Positions 28,037 through 33,924 of a DNA stretch of 33,924 bases are shown in pieces. This DNA comes from Christensenellaceae bacterium (GTDB lineage Bacteria > Bacillota > Clostridia > Christensenellales > UBA1242): NCBI GenBank assembly GCA_031255215.1, contig JAIRSY010000052.1, forward strand, positions 1-33,924. Reading direction: 5' to 3'. The translations under genes and the position numbers were made by a program. Below the pieces are notes generated by a model. That model searched no databases. It was given only the letters and a program-made list of their open reading frames with translations, and was not told the DNA's origin. Within the stretch, counting starts at the first letter, position 1, and every line of letters starts with the position of its first letter.

Positions 28037-28571
28037 TACGCATCGGACCAAGGTAATTATGGGAATTGACCCGGGCATAGGTATCATGGGTTGGGGCATA
28101 ATTAAAAAAATCGGTTCAATTAACGAAATAATTGACTATGGAGCGATTGAGACGGAGGTGAAAGGCGACTTCGGCAGACGATTATGTAAAATAAATGATG
28201 AACTTGAAAAACTCTTCGCATATTATAATCCCGATGAAATAGCGATTGAGGAACTCTTTTTTTGTGCCAACGTTAATACCGCCTTGTCGGTTGCCGCCGC
28301 CCGGGGGATCGCCGTCATGCGGGCATCGTATTATAATGATAAGGCGGTTTTTAATTATAAACCTAATCATATCAAAATTGCGGTCACCGGTTCCGGCAAA
28401 TCAAGAAAACCTGAAATCCAAAAGAAAGTAGCCGAAATCTTTAATTTGTCTCAAAAAATTAAGCCCGATGACGCCGCCGACGCCCTCGCCATTGCCCTCA
28501 CGCATTCTTTTTATTTAGAAAATCCAAATTGCATTAAGGTTGTCAAGCCGTCAAAAGTAATACAAAAATAG
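28026..28571 (+). CDS. ruvC: Holliday junction resolvase RuvC
   Basis: MGIDPG..MGWG, AIEELFF, IKIAVTGSG, DDAADALAIA. Confidence 0.95.
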   Translation: MSNNTHRTKVIMGIDPGIGIMGWGIIKKIGSINEIIDYGAIETEVKGDFGRRLCKINDELEKLFAYYNPDEIAIEELFFCANVNTALSVAAARGIAVMRASYYNDKAVFNYKPNHIKIAVTGSGKSRKPEIQKKVAEIFNLSQKIKPDDAADALAIALTHSFYLENPNCIKVVKPSKVIQK

Positions 28572-28598
28572 ATTTGGCGGCAAAGGATACGTGAAAGG

Positions 28599-29237
28599 TT
28601 AAATTCTTTTGTCATCGCCTTCGAATGTTATTACCGCGGTTTTATTTTTATCGAAAATCCTACCGAAGATTCTTTGCCCGTATGTTTCTAAAATCTGTTC
28701 CGTACTTAAATTGCTTGTTATAATAAATGACCTGTCACTTTCATATCTTTCCGCTATTACGGCATAGAGATATTCCATTGTGTTTTTTTGGTCTGGCTCC
28801 GTTCCTAAATCATCAATAATTAAAAGGTCATAGTTTTCAAGGTCTTCAAACCTTACTTTTTTGATTATTGAATATGCCGAATAAAACCCGACCTTAAATC
28901 CCCTAATATGTAGATTTTGGGCGATTTTTTTAGCGACAAATGTCTTGCCTGTCCCCGTTGCACCGATAAAAACTAAATTTATTTTTTTTGTGTTGGGGAA
29001 CTTCTCGCAATAACTGTCTAAATTTTTATAATTTATTGGGGATAGTTGTTTCCTTGGTTCAATGGCTTCAATGAAATCATTAAGCATTTTATCGCGTTTT
29101 TTCACGAGTGCCAAATAACCACGCTTTGCCGATTCGTCGGCCGACCTTCCAATTGCTATCGTAAGAGCCCGCACTTCGTCATCTAATTTTAAGAATTCCT
29201 TGTTCCTTCTCGCTTCTAAAATGTATCTTCTTTGCAT
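28599..29237 (-). CDS. DnaC/DnaI-like AAA+ helicase loader, shortened
   Basis: GATGTGKT, LLIIDDLGTE, IITSNL, YGQRIFGRI, GDDKR; SD AAGGAG; overlaps the dnaD-like gene. Confidence 0.85.
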   Translation of the reverse strand: MQRRYILEARRNKEFLKLDDEVRALTIAIGRSADESAKRGYLALVKKRDKMLNDFIEAIEPRKQLSPINYKNLDSYCEKFPNTKKINLVFIGATGTGKTFVAKKIAQNLHIRGFKVGFYSAYSIIKKVRFEDLENYDLLIIDDLGTEPDQKNTMEYLYAVIAERYESDRSFIITSNLSTEQILETYGQRIFGRIFDKNKTAVITFEGDDKRI

Positions 29238-29935
29238 TTTGCAATCTCCTTTATCTTCTCTATGTCGTAATCATGTTTAATGAAATTCTGCTTATTCGGT
29301 TGTGTTTGCCGTTTTCTTAATTCCTTGATAAGTCTCTCTAATTCGGTTCTGTTCGCCTTGCCTGCCTCGAATTTGGCCGATACACCCCCAACCGTCCTTA
29401 ATCCCAAATACGCAAGATTCTTCGCTACGGTCAAAATATAAGCGTAACCAACGGTATACCCTTTTAACTCTGCACAGTTTTTGATTACAAGCAATAACGC
29501 GTCCGGTTCAAAGTGCATGCTTTCCATAAAGGCGTAATACTCATGAAATTCGGTTGTTGTTATCATTCGTCCGTCCAAAATCGCCTGTGCCTTTGCATTA
29601 AAATCATCGTATTTTCCCGTAGGCAGGTTTTTTACTTTTGAAGAATTATTTCTAATAGGAAGATACTTCACCTCGTCATTTACAAACTGGACAAGACCTT
29701 GCCCCTCCCAAAATTCAAATGCACTCTTCACATCTTCAACCGACAACCCCAATGTCAAACTTACATTCTCAATTGTATTTTCTGAACCAATGGAATTATT
29801 GCAAAGCATTAACCCGTAGAGATATACACGGACGCAATCCCCGTTTGATGTGGGAAGATGCTCGTTCAAAAAAATGTTGGAAATCATCGTGTAATTTGAA
29901 TTTACCATTCCCCTCGAATATGAAACAAACGCCAT
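29216..29935 (-). CDS. DnaD/DnaB domain replication protein
   Basis: TMISNIFLNEHLP..NGDCVRVYLYGL, AFEFWEGQGLV, YILTVAKN...G.T; next to the loader ATPase. Confidence 0.8.
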   Translation of the reverse strand: MAFVSYSRGMVNSNYTMISNIFLNEHLPTSNGDCVRVYLYGLMLCNNSIGSENTIENVSLTLGLSVEDVKSAFEFWEGQGLVQFVNDEVKYLPIRNNSSKVKNLPTGKYDDFNAKAQAILDGRMITTTEFHEYYAFMESMHFEPDALLLVIKNCAELKGYTVGYAYILTVAKNLAYLGLRTVGGVSAKFEAGKANRTELERLIKELRKRQTQPNKQNFIKHDYDIEKIKEIAKCKEDTF

Positions 29936-29940
29936 GTCTA

Positions 29941-29949
29941 ATTGTAACA
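29941..29949 (-). promoter_or_regulatory. Extended -10 of the dnaD-like gene (leaderless)
   Basis: Minus strand TGtTACAAT ending 5 nt before ATG 29935. Confidence 0.55.
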
Positions 29950-29984
29950 TAAAAATGAAGAAATTAAAGTTCTATTTTTTTGCG

Positions 29985-31256
29985 TTAAAAGTCTTTCTTT
30001 TTGAAATTATAAAACAATTGCCATGATGCCACTATCATAAACATTAAGAAAATTGGAAACGTCCACCAAATGTCATGATAAACGGTTAATGGAGAAAGCA
30101 TCAACCTTGTTCCTAAATATTTTATAGGGTCAAGCGGAATCGAAGTAAAAAAACATGAAAATAAAATGAGGGCGACCGCGGCCGCCGCCGAACTTCCAAT
30201 AACCGTTTTGGGTTGCCTCTTGCTTAAACAAAATAATCCCGTGCCTATCATAAAGACAACAATTTTGAACAATAACGATAAAATGTAAATCAATAGGTAA
30301 TTCATCGCAAACATGTCCGCCGGCGTCTTCGCCCCCTCAATGAAAATTATCTTGTCCGTTCCGTCCATGTCAAAATATTGTCCTGCGAAAATGTAAAACA
30401 AGGCAAACAATAACCCAATCACCGCCGTAACCGCAATCAAGGACGCAAAAAACTTTGCCAACAGTATTTGTCCCCTTTTTCTTTTGATTGCAAGAGAAGT
30501 AATAATCGTTCCCTTGTGAATATCGGTCCAAACGGAACCCGCCGTGAAAATAATCGCTAAAATTATAAGCGGAATGCTTGCAATCTCCATACAATTAAAA
30601 ATAAAATCATAAAATGAGTTAACTTCGCCGAATCGAAACGCCGTTTCGCCGTGTCCGTATTTTTCGTAAACCGCCTCAATTCGTTCCGCTTCTAATCTAT
30701 CATTTGGCAATAAATATTTATTATCATTGTTTTTGTTAAGAAAAAGTCTATACTTCGCATCCAATAATTCATAATTATCTATTGCAAGCAATTCGGTCCG
30801 CTGCTCCATTGTTAAAATCTTCTTTTCAATTGCATTTAGTTCTTCCGCCAAATTAAATTTTTCCCAATTTGCATTTAATATTGAAAGGTTTCTATCCGTC
30901 GGTTCATTGAAATAATCCGTCAAATTTGAATTTACTTTATCAAAAACCCTTTTCTCTATCTCCGTAAGGTTTTCATACGCCGACCGTGCCGCCGCTCTCG
31001 CCGTTTCTAATCCGCCTGTTATTACCGATGCGTTCATCTTCTTAAATGCTTCATGAAAAACCTTGATGTTTTGCGGATTCGTTTCATTTACTATTATATA
31101 CCGAAGTTCAGTGTATTCTTTGCTGTAATCCTTTTCTTCTTTATCATGTATAAGACTTACAACCGCTATTGAAAATACACCGACAAGAAAAATGAAATAC
31201 AGTATCGCAAGCGGCGGAACGCGTCTTAATAACTTTTTCAATTCATAAAATAACAT
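29985..31256 (-). CDS. ABC-2 type transporter permease
   Basis: MLFYELKKL start, one TM + large extracellular loop + about 5 TM, DIHKGTI...KRGQILLAKF motif. Start could be 31262 or 31268. Confidence 0.8.
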   Translation of the reverse strand: MLFYELKKLLRRVPPLAILYFIFLVGVFSIAVVSLIHDKEEKDYSKEYTELRYIIVNETNPQNIKVFHEAFKKMNASVITGGLETARAAARSAYENLTEIEKRVFDKVNSNLTDYFNEPTDRNLSILNANWEKFNLAEELNAIEKKILTMEQRTELLAIDNYELLDAKYRLFLNKNNDNKYLLPNDRLEAERIEAVYEKYGHGETAFRFGEVNSFYDFIFNCMEIASIPLIILAIIFTAGSVWTDIHKGTIITSLAIKRKRGQILLAKFFASLIAVTAVIGLLFALFYIFAGQYFDMDGTDKIIFIEGAKTPADMFAMNYLLIYILSLLFKIVVFMIGTGLFCLSKRQPKTVIGSSAAAAVALILFSCFFTSIPLDPIKYLGTRLMLSPLTVYHDIWWTFPIFLMFMIVASWQLFYNFKKKDF

Positions 31257-31286
31257 ATACATAAACATTGTAATATATAAAATACA

Positions 31287-32144
31287 ATGAGTAAAATTAA
31301 AATTGCCGTTGTCGGGTGCAGCGGTTTGGTTGGTTCGACAATGTTAAAAGTCTTAAAGGAGCGGGGCGTCGACGCCGACCTTGTATGTATAAAAAAACTT
31401 TCTCTTCAAATAATCCGTGACACACGCCCGGATTATGCCCTTATGGCGGTTTCCGCAGACCTTTCCAAAATTTGGACCCCTGTTTTCGTGAAATATGGAA
31501 CGGTGGTGATTGATAATAGCAGTCACTTTCGCCAAAACCCAAAAGTCCCACTTATCGTTCCCGAGGTCAATGCCGACCAAATAAAATCCGCCAAGATTAT
31601 CGCCAACCCTAATTGTTCAACTATTCAATCCGTTATCCCTCTTTCACTATTGAATAAGGACAATAAAATTAAAAAGATTATTTATAATACTTATCAGGCC
31701 AAATCCGGTGCCGGTGCCGAAACACTTCGCGAGTTTATCAAAAAACCCGATTTCAATGTTATACCCTTTATCCAAGATGAAGAAGAAAAAATGATAAATG
31801 AAACGAAAAAAATACTTAATGATTTTAATCTTGAAATTTATGCCACATGTGTTCGCGTTCCCGTTCGAAATTGTCATCTCGTTTCAATTTATGTCGAATT
31901 TGAATCAATCATTGATTTTGAAAAGATAAAAACCTTGCTCAATCCACGCAAAATGATTACCCCGGTTGAAGCCGATGGTTTTGATGAGATTTTCGTTTGC
32001 CGCCTGCGTCAAAATAATGACCGTTCAATTTCCTTCATTACCGTTGCCGATAATTTACGCAAAGGTGCCGCCACAAATGCAGTCCAAATCCTCCAAGGTA
32101 TCCTCCGTAACAAACATAAAGGTATCGACGACGGGGGGAAATAA
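31287..32144 (+). CDS. asd: Aspartate-semialdehyde dehydrogenase, shortened (285 aa)
   Basis: AVVGCSGLVG, VIDNSSHFR..VPLIVPEVN, IANPNCST, ATCVRVPV..CH, DNLRKGAATNAVQI. Confidence 0.93.
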   Translation: MSKIKIAVVGCSGLVGSTMLKVLKERGVDADLVCIKKLSLQIIRDTRPDYALMAVSADLSKIWTPVFVKYGTVVIDNSSHFRQNPKVPLIVPEVNADQIKSAKIIANPNCSTIQSVIPLSLLNKDNKIKKIIYNTYQAKSGAGAETLREFIKKPDFNVIPFIQDEEEKMINETKKILNDFNLEIYATCVRVPVRNCHLVSIYVEFESIIDFEKIKTLLNPRKMITPVEADGFDEIFVCRLRQNNDRSISFITVADNLRKGAATNAVQILQGILRNKHKGIDDGGK

Positions 32145-32236
32145 TGCTTGATACCTTGATTATTGATATCTGTGTAGGTTTGGCGTTCGCCTTCTTTGCC
32201 TCCTTTATCGCTTTTTTTGCGTGTCGTCAAAAGTAG
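32144..32236 (+). CDS. Putative 30-aa single-TM small protein
   Basis: MLDTLIIDICVGLAFAFFASFIAFFACRQK; TAATG overlap with asd; GGGGGG SD at 32133-32138. Confidence 0.5.
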   Translation: MLDTLIIDICVGLAFAFFASFIAFFACRQK

Positions 32237-32258
32237 ACAAGATACGATTCTTCCTTGA

Positions 32259-32267
32259 TGCTACTAT
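32259..32267 (+). promoter_or_regulatory. Extended -10 of the spoIIA operon (leaderless)
   Basis: TGcTACTAT ending 7 nt before ATG 32275; no SD. Confidence 0.55.
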
Positions 32268-32274
32268 CTTGATT

Positions 32275-32592
32275 ATGAAAGTAATAAATAAGATTTTGGA
32301 CAATGTCCTCTACATCTCATTGGAAGGTGAACTTGATGAGGCATCCGCCGAGTTTACGCGTTCCAATCTTGATGCCTGTTTGGACAATTCACATGCAAAA
32401 CAAATCGTCATTGACCTTGCAAAACTTTCCTTTATGGATTCCACCGGTATTGGCATGCTTATCGGCCGTTATAAAAAAATGAAAACGAAAGGTGTCCCAA
32501 TCTTCATTTCCAATCCAAGCAGCCACGCCGACCGCATTTTCAAAATGACGGGTCTTTACGAAATAATGCCGAAAGTTGAAAGGAGGGCATAA
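32275..32592 (+). CDS. spoIIAA: Anti-sigma F factor antagonist
   Basis: LEGELD, LSFMDSTGIGMLIGRYK with the phosphoacceptor Ser retained; operon context. Confidence 0.92.
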   Translation: MKVINKILDNVLYISLEGELDEASAEFTRSNLDACLDNSHAKQIVIDLAKLSFMDSTGIGMLIGRYKKMKTKGVPIFISNPSSHADRIFKMTGLYEIMPKVERRA

Positions 32593-32595
32593 AAA

Positions 32596-33051
32596 ATGGA
32601 AAATAAAATGTCTTTAAGAATTTCTGCCAAAAGTCAAAATGAAAGTTTCGCTCGCTTCGTCATCGCCGCCTTTGCCGCGTCCGCCAATCCTACAATCGAT
32701 GAAATAAATGATATTAAAACCGCCGTAAGCGAGGCAATAACCAATTGTGTCGTTCATGCGTATAAAAGACGCCAAAATCAAAATGACCTTATAACAATTG
32801 ATTGTGAACTCCACAATTCATCTCTCACAATTAAAATTGCCGATAACGGTGTGGGTATTCCCAATGTGATACAGGCAATGCAACCCTTCTTTACAACCGA
32901 ACATAATGGGGAACGTTCCGGCATGGGGTTTACCGTAATGCAAAGTTTTATGGACGAATTATCCGTTCAAAGTACGACAAACGGCACCGAGGTTATAATG
33001 AAAAAAACTTTTACAGAAGAGGAGAATAAACAAGAAGCGGCAGGGGATTGA
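32596..33051 (+). CDS. spoIIAB: Anti-sigma F factor (serine kinase)
   Basis: SQNESFAR, DIKTAVSEAITNCVVHAY, DNGVGI, ERSGMGFTVMQSFMD. Confidence 0.96.
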   Translation: MENKMSLRISAKSQNESFARFVIAAFAASANPTIDEINDIKTAVSEAITNCVVHAYKRRQNQNDLITIDCELHNSSLTIKIADNGVGIPNVIQAMQPFFTTEHNGERSGMGFTVMQSFMDELSVQSTTNGTEVIMKKTFTEEENKQEAAGD

Positions 33052-33054
33052 TAC

Positions 33055-33747
33055 GTGGATAAAAGTAAAGACAAAAATCTTGACCCTGATTTTTTAATCA
33101 GGAAACATAATCCGCTTATAAAAAGCATTGTCCGCCGTTATGTTGGTCGCGGGGTTGAATATGACGACCTTTATCAACTTGGTTGTCTCGGTTTTGTAAA
33201 GGCGATAAAAAAATATGATAAAAAATATAATGTAAAGTTTACTACTTATGCCGTTCCTCTTATCGCCGGAGAAATAAAAAGGTTTTTGCGTGATGATGGC
33301 TGCATAAAGGTTTCCCGCTCCGTCAAGTCTCTTTATGTCAAGATTAAAAAATATCTTGCCGAAAACAATACCCCTAATCCAACCGTTGATAACCTCGCCT
33401 CTCATTTCAATGTTGACCCCGAAGATATAATTTACGCCATGGAGGCATCTCACCTTCCGCTCTCCTTGTTCGATAAAAATGAAAATGACGACGGTGAGGA
33501 CGGCATATCTCTTGCCGAAAAAATCTCCGCTAATGACGATAAGGCGTATATTGATAAAATAATGATTTCAAATTGCCTGAAAAAACTTAATCCAACCGAA
33601 CAAAAAATAATTCTTCTCCGCTATTATAGAAATCAAACCCAAAGCGAAGTCGCCGCCGCGTTAAATCTTTCACAGGTTCAGGTCTCTCGTATGGAACAAA
33701 AAGTCCTTGCCGAAATAAAGGCTTATTTTACCGCAGATGTCATATAA
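33055..33747 (+). CDS. sigF: Forespore sigma factor SigF
   Basis: DDLYQLGCLG, FTTYAVPLIAGEIKRFLRDDG.IKVSR, TQSEVA..L..SQVQVSRME; follows spoIIAB; GTG start. Confidence 0.93.
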   Translation: MDKSKDKNLDPDFLIRKHNPLIKSIVRRYVGRGVEYDDLYQLGCLGFVKAIKKYDKKYNVKFTTYAVPLIAGEIKRFLRDDGCIKVSRSVKSLYVKIKKYLAENNTPNPTVDNLASHFNVDPEDIIYAMEASHLPLSLFDKNENDDGEDGISLAEKISANDDKAYIDKIMISNCLKKLNPTEQKIILLRYYRNQTQSEVAAALNLSQVQVSRMEQKVLAEIKAYFTADVI

Positions 33748-33863
33748 CCACACCCCCCCCCAAACAAACAGTACAAAAAGGCAAAAAAGATTGCCTTGTC
33801 CCATACCCGCGGCATATGCTTTAATTCTAACTATACATACACCCAAAAAAAGGAGGAATACCC

Positions 33864-33924
33864 GTGGATACCCTCAACGAAAAACAACTTGAAGATATGA
33901 GCAAAGAACAACTATATAAGATCC
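33864..33924 (+). CDS. 5' fragment of an unidentified gene (MDTLNEKQLEDMSKEQLYKI...)
   Basis: AGGAGG SD 7 nt before GTG; open to the window end; upstream CATATGCT resembles a SigE/SigK -10. Confidence 0.55.
   Translation, partial: MDTLNEKQLEDMSKEQLYKI

Noticed and set aside
33753-33761. Poly-C run (9 nt) as a phase-variation switch
   Set aside because: Intergenic and not within any promoter spacer I can identify.

Overview
Core-genome segment of an AT-rich, spore-forming Firmicute, probably a reduced-genome Clostridia lineage (inferred from gene content only). It contains dapL, a ylxY-like deacetylase, an M16 peptidase, ftsK/spoIIIE, two orphan ORFs, topA, hslV and hslU separated by a GT4 glycosyltransferase and a Glu/Pro-repeat membrane protein, a minimal aspartokinase, a fused dipicolinate synthase A+B, thioredoxin, rpoB-rpoC-secG, rpsU-mtaB, L20 leader-infC-rpmI-rplT-trmH-yebC-ruvC, dnaD/dnaC-like genes, an ABC permease, asd and spoIIAA-spoIIAB-sigF. 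I saw no mobile element, CRISPR array, tRNA or rRNA. Four things stand out. (1) The RNA polymerase is remodelled at its catalytic centre: a ~28-aa trigger-loop insertion, altered F-loop and bridge helix, and a rewritten rifampicin pocket. (2) Many genes look leaderless, with a -10 box 5-8 nt before the ATG and no Shine-Dalgarno. (3) The DAP/dipicolinate pathway is miniaturised and includes a DpaA-DpaB fusion. (4) Several other proteins show domain-level streamlining. All family assignments come from motif recognition by eye, and reference lengths and residue numbers are recalled, not computed. Novelty cannot be established without database searches.
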